Program-made: the position numbers and the translations under genes | IMG/VR virus record: IMGVR_UViG_3300045988_029071 | Coordinates: 1-35,948 of that record | DNA from: a virus | Direction: 5' to 3' (one strand) | DNA: 35,948 nt | In this document: positions 23,736 through 32,423 of the stretch, piece by piece | Layout: the number at the start of each line of letters is the position of its first letter | Numbering within the stretch: the first letter of the stretch is position 1 | Notes under the pieces: generated by a model | Told to the model about the DNA's origin: nothing | The model's database searches: none | What the model saw: only the letters and a program-made list of their open reading frames with translations

Positions 23736-23920
23736 TTATCCATCCATTCTACGATGCCAGCGATCACGCATTTTTTATCAAGACGACTTGTAAGTGTCGT
23801 CCGATTGTATAAACCGTGACTGGTTTCGATGCAGTTGTTGTAAATACTCTTAATTTGTACGATTTTAAAAAATTCTCCATTTTTTAAAACTTTTACAAAA
23901 TCACCAACTTTAAGGTTCAT
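23732..23920 (-). CDS. Small hypothetical protein
   Basis: 62-aa ORF with 4-nt overlaps on both sides. Confidence 0.5.
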   Translation of the reverse strand: MNLKVGDFVKVLKNGEFFKIVQIKSIYNNCIETSHGLYNRTTLTSRLDKKCVIAGIVEWMDK

Positions 23921-24138
23921 CCGAATACCTCATTTAGTTCTTCGACTTCTTCATTATGTTCAAACGGTTCATAGGCTAACCGTCCAATACCTTTATCATT
24001 TACACCGTCCTTTGTGTCAGTAACATATTTCAAAAATAATGCTTTCTTACACACATAACAGAGAATAGAACTTTTATCAGGATTTACTTTTCTGATATAG
24101 CATTCTCCACAAAAAGGACATTGTACGTCAACTTTCAT
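23917..24138 (-). CDS. Small zinc-finger-like protein
   Basis: 73 aa with CPFCGE...CYVCKK (a CxxC...CxxC pair). It is the first gene after the origin region. Confidence 0.55.
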   Translation of the reverse strand: MKVDVQCPFCGECYIRKVNPDKSSILCYVCKKALFLKYVTDTKDGVNDKGIGRLAYEPFEHNEEVEELNEVFG

Positions 24139-24448
24139 TTTTAACTCCTAAAATTGTTCAAAAAATCAAATGCAACCGTGCAACCGATAAAAAAAAAATT
24201 TAAAAAATAAAATTTAAGAATCCTTATTTAATAGGCTTTCTCTATTATTAATACTTTTATTAATACTTTTTTAAAAAATAACGGTTAATCGGTTGCATTA
24301 TATAAAAATAGTATAAAAAAGTCAGTATTATCAAGGGTTTAAGGGTGCAACCGTTCTTTCAATTTATCGGTTGCATATCGGTTGCATGCAACCGTTCTTT
24401 CTAAAAAGTGCAACCGTGCAACCGATAGAATTTCAAAATGCAACCGAT
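24139..24448. other. Putative origin of replication: ten TGCAACCG iterons flanking an AT-rich core
   Basis: Direct TGCAACCG copies start at 24171, 24179, 24346, 24387, 24409, 24417 and 24439. Inverted CGGTTGCA copies start at 24290, 24368 and 24379. There is a 16-bp palindrome at 24379-24394 and a tandem ATTAATACTTTT x2 at 24247-24270. The region is non-coding and lies directly downstream of the primase/helicase gene. Confidence 0.7.
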
Positions 24449-25783
24449 CTATTTTTCTTTAATTCGCTTAAATCCTTTAGTATTTTTTCCACCAATTCTG
24501 AACTGACCTTTTTCCCAACCAGGGTGATTATCCATAATCATATTGATTTTAGTTGATAACTTTTTATCATTTGAATTTCTCATAAAGAGGTTATACATCA
24601 TCTCACGAGTTGAGACTTTTTCTAATTTTTTAGTACCAGCTTCAAACTCACTACTGTTATCAAAATACTTACTTGTATACTGATGTTGTTGCTGAATAGA
24701 CCAACTTGACCAATTATCAGGAATAGGCATTTCCAAGTATTCAAGCACTTGTAATTCCACTTCATCACGGTACATGAATTTCTCACGATAGATTTCCAAC
24801 CGTTCTTCAGTTTCTTTATCAAACATCAAATCAGCACCAGCTTTATAGATTGTGACAGCCTCGCCCCAAATTTGTTCGACTGTTTCAGGTTCAATTTCCA
24901 TAGGGTGTTTTTTCTGATTGTCAATATTTGCGAGTACAGGCAAGAATCTACGTTCACCTGTTTTGTCTTTCAGGTATTCTTTCTGATTAGTTGTGCGTGC
25001 TAGAACAAAGTTTTTAGCAAATTCTTCAGTACGCTTCATGTAAGGTTTACGAAAACGTAAGCTTGTTTTTGAAATAAAGGCTTTTGTTTCAGCAAAACTC
25101 ATTCGGTTACTAGCAACCATTTCATCATCATTGACAATTAATGCTTTTAACATGATGTCGTAGTTATCTTTATTTGCAAAATCTGTGACAGCATCGGTAT
25201 ACCACTCACCACCTAATTTTTGTAGAAGAGAGGTTTTTCCAACACCTTGACCACCTACTAAATCCAAAACGTAGTCAAATTTAGCATAAGGGTCGTATAC
25301 TTTAGCAACTGCACCGACTAACCACATTTCAGCGATTTTAGAAACTAAATCAATATCTTCTGCACCGAGATAGACTTGCAGCATTTGGTTGATACGTTTA
25401 CGACCATCCCATTTTTCTGCTGCTTTTTCCATATAGTCCATAACTGGATTGTATGACCTTTCTGAGAAGAAGGTTTCCATGCCATCCAGCATCGCTTGGT
25501 TTGAGAAAGCAACACCTAATACACTTTCAAAATAAACTTTTACAACTGAATCAAAATTAGAGGGTAACTCTCCTTTTTTAAAAAAAGTATTTCCAATTCT
25601 GATATCTTTAGTCAATTCATGCTCTTGTGAAAATTCATTGTGCTTTAAGTAAATACTTAATTGATCATCAGCCTTGAAAGAAAGAAGTACATTATTTGGA
25701 CTATTTGATTTGATTCCTCCTTTGTCATTCAGTATCATTGTATCTTGTGAATTTATGCTAACTACATTACCAATTGTTCTCAC
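24449..25783 (-). CDS. VirE-family / P4-type primase-helicase (P-loop NTPase)
   Basis: 444 aa with Walker A motif GGQGVGKTS and sequence context typical of virulence-associated protein E family replication proteins. Confidence 0.8.
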   Translation of the reverse strand: MRTIGNVVSINSQDTMILNDKGGIKSNSPNNVLLSFKADDQLSIYLKHNEFSQEHELTKDIRIGNTFFKKGELPSNFDSVVKVYFESVLGVAFSNQAMLDGMETFFSERSYNPVMDYMEKAAEKWDGRKRINQMLQVYLGAEDIDLVSKIAEMWLVGAVAKVYDPYAKFDYVLDLVGGQGVGKTSLLQKLGGEWYTDAVTDFANKDNYDIMLKALIVNDDEMVASNRMSFAETKAFISKTSLRFRKPYMKRTEEFAKNFVLARTTNQKEYLKDKTGERRFLPVLANIDNQKKHPMEIEPETVEQIWGEAVTIYKAGADLMFDKETEERLEIYREKFMYRDEVELQVLEYLEMPIPDNWSSWSIQQQHQYTSKYFDNSSEFEAGTKKLEKVSTREMMYNLFMRNSNDKKLSTKINMIMDNHPGWEKGQFRIGGKNTKGFKRIKEK

Positions 25784-26601
25784 CTCCTATCTTTTTTAAT
25801 CATACTTTCAACAGTACGCATCACTTCTTTTTCCGACAAAGGATTTTGACTGTTAGTATTTGCTAGTTTCGCTAATTGAATGACTACTTCATCATCAACT
25901 GCTCGATATAATAAACCACCTACAAATTTAGCTAGTTTATCATTTCGTCCACCCTCATCACCAAAACCGAGAGCGATGGTTTCAAATAGTTCAGTGGTTT
26001 GGGTTCTGTCTCTGGTGTAAGACCTTCTAGCTAAATTCCTTAAACCATCTTTACCATCATAGGTGTGGCCATGTGTTTCTTTGTATTGTTTCTTAATTGC
26101 TCGAATTAAATCTCTGGAAGGTGTTACGATTGTTCCACCTTCCTTTGATTTTTCTAAATCCCACTCATACTGACCTTTATCTGTGGCAGATGGCGCTACT
26201 AGAATATAGTTATTTTCGTGAGCTTTGATATCAACACCTGGTAAAAATCCAATCATCTGCGTGATAGGTTCATCATCTCTTTTAAAGTAGAATAGATGTT
26301 TCCCACCACTTGCTGTTTTTGCTTGCAGAGTTGGTTCAATCAGTTTTAAGTATTTCCATTTTTTAAGAGACTCAAAACCATTTGATTTACCATGCTTGTC
26401 GATATCGATAACAAAAAAGTTAGTTGTTTTAAGGGCGATGTTAGCATTTGGATAACCATCCCAAAAAGCTTCAATTTCACTTGCAGTCATTGCAGGTTTA
26501 TCAGCAAATTCAATTAATGGCATTTTATTTTTAGGATTGATTGGAATGACTGAAAATCCTAAATTTTGATATTTTAGAGCGTACTCTTTCATACTAGCCA
26601 T
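25780..26601 (-). CDS. Bifunctional DNA primase/polymerase (PrimPol) domain protein
   Basis: 273 aa with YALKYQNLGFSVIPINPKNKMP...NFFVIDIDKHG, the typical N-terminal Prim-Pol pattern. Confidence 0.75.
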   Translation of the reverse strand: MASMKEYALKYQNLGFSVIPINPKNKMPLIEFADKPAMTASEIEAFWDGYPNANIALKTTNFFVIDIDKHGKSNGFESLKKWKYLKLIEPTLQAKTASGGKHLFYFKRDDEPITQMIGFLPGVDIKAHENNYILVAPSATDKGQYEWDLEKSKEGGTIVTPSRDLIRAIKKQYKETHGHTYDGKDGLRNLARRSYTRDRTQTTELFETIALGFGDEGGRNDKLAKFVGGLLYRAVDDEVVIQLAKLANTNSQNPLSEKEVMRTVESMIKKDRR

Positions 26602-26626
26602 TCCAATTTCCTCCTATGTTTTATTT

Positions 26627-27133
26627 TTAGAATGGTAAATCATCATCACTGACTTCTAAACCTTCAGCAGTTGGAAGTCCTTCAGCTTCTTCAAGATCAT
26701 AATTACGATATGTTTTACCTTTGCTTTCAGTTTCTGTGATAACAAGGTTGTAGTAAGAACCAACTGCTTTACGTTGAAGCGCTTCTTCCAAAGCTTTACC
26801 GTCTTCTTCATCCCCTTGCATATTATCACCAGCAAGAACCAAAGCCTTGATAAAGAATTTCATAGTACGTTCTACTGCCCAGTCTAACTTCTTACCCTTC
26901 CATTCGGTCAATGTTCCGAATGAAACGTATTCTGAGCGACCGTCATAGTAACCACCACGGATTTCAAATTGATAAATTAAACTTTCCCAGTTACTTTCTG
27001 CGATATTGAAACTTGCTTTTTTCAAGATAACTGGATAAGTTCCAGCAGGGATTGGTGCAGGTCCGTTTGCACTGTCTTTACGTGGGTCAAAACCTTCTTT
27101 TTTGATTGATTTTGCGATATCTAATAAACTCAT
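26627..27133 (-). CDS. DUF669-type protein with an SSB-like acidic C-terminal tip
   Basis: 168 aa located after the AAA_24 gene, the usual DUF669 position. It ends in DDDLPF. Confidence 0.6.
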   Translation of the reverse strand: MSLLDIAKSIKKEGFDPRKDSANGPAPIPAGTYPVILKKASFNIAESNWESLIYQFEIRGGYYDGRSEYVSFGTLTEWKGKKLDWAVERTMKFFIKALVLAGDNMQGDEEDGKALEEALQRKAVGSYYNLVITETESKGKTYRNYDLEEAEGLPTAEGLEVSDDDLPF

Positions 27134-27151
27134 GTTGTTTCTCCTTTTTCC

Positions 27152-27952
27152 TTAAAATAGTTCATTTACTGAAGCAGTTTCTACTTCTGTTTTAGTTTCT
27201 TGTTTAGCTGCTGTTTTTTCTTCAACCACAGGCTTAGTCTTAGCTGGACTAAGAGCGCCACGGATAGTGGTTAAAATCTTCAAGATTTTTTTATCATCAA
27301 CCTGGTCAGCGTAGTAGCTTTTACGCTTACGGTCAACCTCACGGTTATAGTTATTACCGATTTTTTCGGTATGGATCATCAAGTCAGAGTTACCATTGAT
27401 AAGATTTACATACTTATCTTTCAAGCTTGGTTTATCCTTGGTTGCATTTCCATTGTCATCATATTCAGAGATTTGACGACTGATATAGATAACATTCATT
27501 GGTAAGGCTTTAAGGTCAATAACCAATTCGGTAACTGCTTGATTGAAGAAATCATAACCTTTACCGTATGGAATTTCAGACAAGGATTTCAAACGAGGTT
27601 TACCTGCTGGTGTCAATTCGTCACAAACTGCAATCTTAATCATTTCAATGACATCATCGATAACATCGACTACAACTGTCTCATAAGAATGTTTTTGCGT
27701 TTGAAGTGCCAGGAGGATTTCTCCCAACTGTTTGATAACTGAGTTGGTAATTCGTCCAGTGGTGTCTTTTTCATTCAATAACTGAATACTTGGTACGCTA
27801 TTAGCTTCAGCATTCCCATCCGTATTTAGTACGATAGGGTTTGGAAACTCGTTTGCAAGATAAGACTTTCCACTCATGGTTTCACCATAGATGAAATAGT
27901 TACGAGGGGTGTCTTTTGGAATTTGTGGTTTGTTTTCTGGTAATTTAAACAA
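27152..27952 (-). CDS. AAA_24 / Sak4-like ATPase (recombination mediator)
   Basis: 266 aa with a TTG start and an AAGGAG Shine-Dalgarno sequence. The P-loop reads YFIYGETMSGKSYLANEFPNPIVLNTDGN. Confidence 0.7.
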   Translation of the reverse strand: MFKLPENKPQIPKDTPRNYFIYGETMSGKSYLANEFPNPIVLNTDGNAEANSVPSIQLLNEKDTTGRITNSVIKQLGEILLALQTQKHSYETVVVDVIDDVIEMIKIAVCDELTPAGKPRLKSLSEIPYGKGYDFFNQAVTELVIDLKALPMNVIYISRQISEYDDNGNATKDKPSLKDKYVNLINGNSDLMIHTEKIGNNYNREVDRKRKSYYADQVDDKKILKILTTIRGALSPAKTKPVVEEKTAAKQETKTEVETASVNELF

Positions 27953-27955
27953 GGT

Positions 27956-29149
27956 TTATTCTCCTTTATAATAAAATTCAATTACATTTACATCATGTTG
28001 CTGGCGACTTCCTGTTATGCGCCAAAGCAACTGTCGGTAATCATCGTATTCTCCAGAGCCTTCTTCGACTGGATCTAGTACGACAATTGTTTGGTATTTA
28101 TGTTGTAGGCCATCTACACCTACACCTAAGACTTGACTGGTAGCGACTACTATTTGATTATCAAGACCGTCCTTTACGTCTCCAGTCCAGATACCGATGT
28201 TCGGATGCCTTTCACGGATAACATTCACAATCTGTTTAGACTTACTGACAATCAATATATCATGTGGCGCTCGTTCAATTAGTCCATCAATCTCTAACAT
28301 TAATGGTGTGTCTTTGTTGACTGCTTTTAATTTTGGAAAATCAACATCTACACCAGTTTGGTTGAGGTAGCGCTCGAAGGTGTTCCTTCCAAAAGATTGC
28401 TTAGCCATGGCAGTCTTGCCATTCACAGTTACAAGGTTTAGCTTTCTAAACTTAGCAAGTTTTTCTGGATTTCCTGGAGCGACTCTTTTTGGGTAGAACC
28501 TAATCTCAAAACCGTTATTTTCAACTGCATTTTCGATTTCTTCGATTTCCTCCCATCTAAAGAAGTTTGGTAGGTTTGAGACATAGTTTTCATAGTCTCT
28601 AAAATCTTCCCACTTTTCTTTTGAATAACTGAATGGATCATAGACCATTTTTCCGTGTGTCTTTTGCCAATCAAATTTATTGTTAGGTGTTGCCCATCCA
28701 AAAATTGTTTTTTCTAGTGGGTAGAAGTTTTGCCCTTTTTTTCGGATTGGTGTTGCTGAAAGACCTATCGTGTATTTGCGCTTTATTTTGCGATATAAGG
28801 CCACTTGCTTATCGCTTGACATATTCTGCCATTCATCCACAATCAGCACGTCACAGTCTAATTTAAGCCCTTTTTTGACTTGATTTTGAAGATACCTATC
28901 TGTTTGAATGATAATCTCAACATCGTTGTCAAAATTCATAAACTTGACTGCATCTATCCAACCATTCAGAATTGCAAGTCGGTTGTTTGTGATGATGATT
29001 TTCTTAGCTTTTTTATGTTTAGCGATGGCAAGCGCACAGATAGTTTTACCGCGCCCACCAAGAGCTTCAAGAAAAATTCCATTTGATAAGTGGTCACTTC
29101 TTTTAACTGCTTCAGCTTGCCACTTTCTTAGAGTTATTGTGATACTCAC
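27956..29149 (-). CDS. Superfamily-2 DNA helicase (DEAD/DEAH-like)
   Basis: 397 aa with motif I GGRGKT, motif II LIVDEWQ and motif III LSATP. Confidence 0.8.
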   Translation of the reverse strand: MSITITLRKWQAEAVKRSDHLSNGIFLEALGGRGKTICALAIAKHKKAKKIIITNNRLAILNGWIDAVKFMNFDNDVEIIIQTDRYLQNQVKKGLKLDCDVLIVDEWQNMSSDKQVALYRKIKRKYTIGLSATPIRKKGQNFYPLEKTIFGWATPNNKFDWQKTHGKMVYDPFSYSKEKWEDFRDYENYVSNLPNFFRWEEIEEIENAVENNGFEIRFYPKRVAPGNPEKLAKFRKLNLVTVNGKTAMAKQSFGRNTFERYLNQTGVDVDFPKLKAVNKDTPLMLEIDGLIERAPHDILIVSKSKQIVNVIRERHPNIGIWTGDVKDGLDNQIVVATSQVLGVGVDGLQHKYQTIVVLDPVEEGSGEYDDYRQLLWRITGSRQQHDVNVIEFYYKGE

Positions 29150-29603
29150 TCACCACCTTCCCGATGTCTTGAATTACTTCTTCAACATCATTCCTCATGG
29201 CCCAGAATAGTCCGAGCCTTACTGCTGCTCGTATGTCTTGGTGATGGCTCTTTTCAAACTTCCAAAGACATAAGATTTTTAAAAGGTCATCTGGAATGTC
29301 TGACTTGTACCCACCGTTATACTGAAGGACGACATCTGGATAACACAACTGGATATAAGCGATCGTTTCAAGTACGCTATTATCTTTTGACCTGTCGTTA
29401 TCTCTAGAGCGAAACTCTTCGACAATCACTACATCAAAATCAAGTGTTTTTCCGATATCGTGAAACCACTTAGCAAACCCCTTCATGCCATAAGACACTA
29501 CCCAACTATCGACTAACCTCGCATTATCAAGTAAGACTATTCCTGTTGTTGAAGTTTCAATTTTATTTGATGATGGGTCAATCGCTAAAATTTTCATCCT
29601 CAA
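29112..29603 (-). CDS. RuvC-like Holliday junction resolvase
   Basis: 163 aa with an MKILAIDPSSN...TGIV start, a VVIVEEF acidic motif and a HHQDIRAAVRLG C-terminal motif. Confidence 0.6.
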   Translation of the reverse strand: MRMKILAIDPSSNKIETSTTGIVLLDNARLVDSWVVSYGMKGFAKWFHDIGKTLDFDVVIVEEFRSRDNDRSKDNSVLETIAYIQLCYPDVVLQYNGGYKSDIPDDLLKILCLWKFEKSHHQDIRAAVRLGLFWAMRNDVEEVIQDIGKVVSEYHNNSKKVAS

Positions 29604-29868
29604 ATGCCTCCGTTAAAGTTGCGCTTGTGTCATAGCTTGCTCGAACTTGTCTTTTTTGTTCTTCCAGCAATTCTTTCACAAGTTCTTTTGGTACTTTGTA
29701 TTCATACCGTTTCAATACTTCTTCCACTGCTTGATTGATATCTTCTTCAATCTGTCTAGTAAATGAACAAGTATTGATCATCAATGAATAAGATGTTTTA
29801 TCTCCAAACTTATCTGAATAATCTGGAGCGCATACCAATTCATACTTTGAGTTAACGTAGAATCTCAT
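29578..29868 (-). CDS. Hypothetical protein
   Basis: 96-aa ORF in the operon. Confidence 0.55.
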   Translation of the reverse strand: MRFYVNSKYELVCAPDYSDKFGDKTSYSLMINTCSFTRQIEEDINQAVEEVLKRYEYKVPKELVKELLEEQKRQVRASYDTSATLTEAFEDENFSD

Positions 29869-29878
29869 ATTGCTCTCC

Positions 29879-30106
29879 TTAAATATTCATATTTACATTT
29901 GAACTTACATCTTCAACCAACACTTTCAAATCGTTTTTGTATTTTTTAATTAGTTGTCTATTGTTATTAACAAAATTTGCAACTACTTGTCCAAGTAATT
30001 CTTGTGTTGTTATACCTTTGATGTCAGATAATAACTTGATAGCTTCTTTCTGTTCTTCAGTCACTTCTGCTCTAAGAAACATTTTTCCTTTATGGTGCAA
30101 ATCCAT
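29879..30106 (-). CDS. Small DNA-binding-like protein (possible ribbon-helix-helix)
   Basis: 75 aa. The segment MFLRAEVTEEQKEAIKLLSDIKGITTQELLGQVV fits a beta-strand/helix/helix pattern. Confidence 0.4.
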   Translation of the reverse strand: MDLHHKGKMFLRAEVTEEQKEAIKLLSDIKGITTQELLGQVVANFVNNNRQLIKKYKNDLKVLVEDVSSNVNMNI

Positions 30107-30246
30107 CAGTCATACTCCCTTCCTTTAAATTCATTAACCAAATCCACACTTCCACATTTCGGACATTCAATGATTGGATAACTATCGACATACTCGAATA
30201 CATTCCCACAATCACGACATCCACATTTCCAGATATAGAGGTTCAT
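30106..30246 (-). CDS. 46-aa zinc-ribbon protein (not in the ORF track)
   Basis: Hand translation gives MNLYIWKCGCRDCGNVFEYVDSYPIIECPKCGSVDLVNEFKGREYD. An AAGGGGTGA Shine-Dalgarno sequence lies upstream, and TGATG couples it to the next gene. Confidence 0.55.
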   Translation of the reverse strand: MNLYIWKCGCRDCGNVFEYVDSYPIIECPKCGSVDLVNEFKGREYD

Positions 30247-30250
30247 CCAA

Positions 30251-30493
30251 TCACCCCTTCGGATATGGTAGGGCAAGTAGTTCAGGTCTTAACCCTTCTG
30301 GTTTTTGTGTGTCAAATGTGAATTGACGGTCACAGTTACGAATGTTCATACGTGCGATGGTATAGAAATCTTCTTTTTCTTCTACCACTTCCACTCTCTT
30401 TTCTTCTTTAGCAGTCAATACCATAATCGTAAATAAGATGATGAATATCACTGCAATCCCTAGTAATTGTTCTGTGATGCTTGGTTCTGTCAT
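30251..30493 (-). CDS. Small membrane protein
   Basis: 80 aa with one TM segment (LLGIAVIFIILFTIMVLTA). Confidence 0.55.
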   Translation of the reverse strand: MTEPSITEQLLGIAVIFIILFTIMVLTAKEEKRVEVVEEKEDFYTIARMNIRNCDRQFTFDTQKPEGLRPELLALPYPKG

Positions 30494-30494
30494 G

Positions 30495-30794
30495 TTAATT
30501 TTCCTTTTCTAATCGTGAAATCTCTGTTAAAAGTTTTTCTAATTCTTCTTTACCGCTGATATAACCGACTACATCATCTGTAATTTTTGTATCGTAGGTA
30601 AGATTCCATTCTTCAGTTTCGCTGTTATGTTTTAATACGGCTAACTCTAAACCGTATGAATAAATATTGTGAACAACACTTGCACCATAACCGTTTTTAA
30701 AATGGTATTCATGCCTTGGAAACATACCGAAAGATGATTCAGTTTCTTCAAAACTTTCGCATCCAATGTCAATTTTTGGTATAAAGTATTTCAT
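30495..30794 (-). CDS. Hypothetical protein (99 aa after start reassignment)
   Basis: The ATG at 30794 has a GAGGTG Shine-Dalgarno sequence and lies 1 nt after the upstream stop. The longer track ORF would overlap the upstream gene by 89 nt. Confidence 0.55.
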   Translation of the reverse strand: MKYFIPKIDIGCESFEETESSFGMFPRHEYHFKNGYGASVVHNIYSYGLELAVLKHNSETEEWNLTYDTKITDDVVGYISGKEELEKLLTEISRLEKEN

Positions 30795-30795
30795 G

Positions 30796-31011
30796 CTACA
30801 CCTCTGATAATTTTTCAAGGTCAGCGATGCGCTGATACAAGATTTCATTTTCAACACACTTGTCGTGGTATCTTTGATTAACACCTTTCAACTGTTCTTT
30901 CAAGTCTATGTTCTCTCGATTTGTATCCAAAGCAACTAATCGCCAGTCAGTATTGACTTCGATTTTTGTTGTGTTGAAAAACCATTTTGTAAGTTTGTCT
31001 AGTAATTTCAT
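30796..31011 (-). CDS. Small coiled-coil hypothetical protein
   Basis: 71-aa ORF. Confidence 0.5.
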   Translation of the reverse strand: MKLLDKLTKWFFNTTKIEVNTDWRLVALDTNRENIDLKEQLKGVNQRYHDKCVENEILYQRIADLEKLSEV

Positions 31012-31012
31012 G

Positions 31013-31324
31013 TTAAACTCCCAATTGTTTTTCTTTTTTTAGATTTTCTAGCATTTCCGCTAGTGTCTCTTTTTTTGAACGGTAACGATTTCTGCTTTTC
31101 CATTTAACGAATAATCGAAACCCTTCATAATTGATAAATACTAGCTTGTGTGTTGGATTATCAATAAATTGTTTAAAATCTGGATGATCTCGCATTTCAG
31201 TAGCCCAGACTTTAGCAGTTCCAACAGTCAGACCTTCCCACATCTGACAAAGATGTGTATAATCACCATGTGTGGCCTTTTCGTTAATTCCTACTGGCTT
31301 GTAAGTAATTTCTGCCTTGGGCAT
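31013..31324 (-). CDS. Hypothetical early protein (possible DNA-binding/excisionase-like; weak)
   Basis: 103 aa with a basic C-terminus (KWKSRNRYRSKKE). No recognisable motif. Confidence 0.5.
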   Translation of the reverse strand: MPKAEITYKPVGINEKATHGDYTHLCQMWEGLTVGTAKVWATEMRDHPDFKQFIDNPTHKLVFINYEGFRLFVKWKSRNRYRSKKETLAEMLENLKKEKQLGV

Positions 31325-31343
31325 AGATTTATTTTCCTTTCTG

Positions 31344-31403
31344 TGATATAATTCAGTTAGTTATTTTTTAGTAAGCGCCTGACTTTGTTAGGTGCTTTTT
31401 TTG
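31344..31403 (+). ncRNA. Candidate short + strand transcript: extended -10 promoter plus intrinsic terminator
   Basis: TGaTATAAT lies at 31344-31352. The hairpin AGCGCCT-N9-AGGTGCT (31374-31396, one G-U on +) is followed by TTTTTT. The hairpin has a C-A mismatch and no U-tract when read on the - strand. Confidence 0.3.
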
Positions 31404-31407
31404 TGAA

Positions 31408-32184
31408 TTAAGCCACATCTTTTTGCTCAATCAATGGCAAAATCCCTTTTTTGTTTTTTAGTAAATCGTAAAGGAACAAACGTCCTTTTTGAGTCCAGTA
31501 AGTATGCATCTTGCTGTAATCTGCATCGATTGTGTGAGTTTTTGATTGAGTATAACCTTTGCCAGCGTACTTTTGATACAAGAGCCAGGTATTCCCCTGT
31601 TTGAACTGTATTTTCAAATCATGTAGAATCTTATTCAATTTCTTTGCACTCATTCCATAATCTTTAGCGATTACTGAAATCGGTACAAGTGTTTTATTTT
31701 GCAAGACCAAGTCGTAGTATGTTGCTTTAGGTTGCAATTCTTGAATGATTTGGTTTTTTTGAGCAATTTCTTCTTGTGCTTGTAAACGCAATTGACGTTC
31801 TTCCTTGAGTTTTTGAAGTGCAGCGATTGCCATGTCTGGATCATTAAGTAGATCATCAATAGCATACAAACCATGCTTACGAATCGATTTCAAGATTTCT
31901 TTGACTTTTTTCTTGAACTCTTTAGCAAGAGGCTTACGTGATTGCATAAGAACTTCATAGAGTCCGTTCTCTGTTAAGAATCATACTTCTCTATTTTGAC
32001 CTGAGGTAAAGATTGTTTCCCTCAGCTTTTCGTCTTCATCGACCGTGTCAATCATGATTGATGGCTTGCTATGTTCAATCCACTCTGCCACATCTTTTGC
32101 GAGAAAAAGTGGTTCATCTGTTGTACCGTATACTGTGAAGTGTTTTCCGAGAACTTCCTGCTCAGTGATTATTTGTAATTCCAT
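31408..32184 (-). pseudogene. Bro-N/KilAC antirepressor interrupted by a single in-frame TGA
   Basis: The 67-aa Bro-N fragment (31981-32184, ATG with GGAGGA Shine-Dalgarno sequence) and the 179-aa KilAC ORF (31408-31947) are in the same frame. Reading through TGA 31981-31983 gives ...SGQNREV*FLTENGLYEVLMQSRKPLAKEFKKKV..., a continuous Bro-N motif. Confidence 0.8.
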
Positions 32185-32185
32185 G

Positions 32186-32371
32186 TTATTCCTCCAGCAA
32201 TTGTTCAAGACGAACATTTAAATAATTTGCAATTGATTTTAGAGTAATGGCAGATGGTGAACTGATGTTCCATTTGCTGATTGCTCCGTTGCCTAAATCG
32301 AGATCTTTCTCAATTTTATAAATCGAAATCCCTTTCTCTGAAGCAATTTCTTTTATTTTGTCATAGATCAC
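32186..32371 (-). CDS. Cro-like XRE-family HTH regulator
   Basis: 61 aa with a GTG start and an AAGGAGG Shine-Dalgarno sequence. It is divergent from the repressor gene. The HTH reads IASEKGISIYKIEKDLDLGNGAISKWN. Confidence 0.8.
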   Translation of the reverse strand: MIYDKIKEIASEKGISIYKIEKDLDLGNGAISKWNISSPSAITLKSIANYLNVRLEQLLEE

Positions 32372-32423
32372 TTATAGTACCTCCTTTCGTTAGAAAATTT
32401 TATAAGAAAATAAGCGTTATTTG

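Noticed and set aside
24139-24448. Possible CRISPR array because of many short repeats
   Set aside because: The repeat unit is only 8 bp, occurs in both orientations with irregular 0-150 bp spacing, and lies next to replication genes. It fits an iteron origin, not a CRISPR array.
31981-31983. TGA read as tryptophan (genetic code 4) throughout the window
   Set aside because: Many genes here terminate at TGA in ATGA or TGATG overlaps that fit operon coupling, for example at 22694, 23024, 25780 and 30106. No other gene needs TGA readthrough, and the choline-binding lysin points to Streptococcus, which uses code 11.
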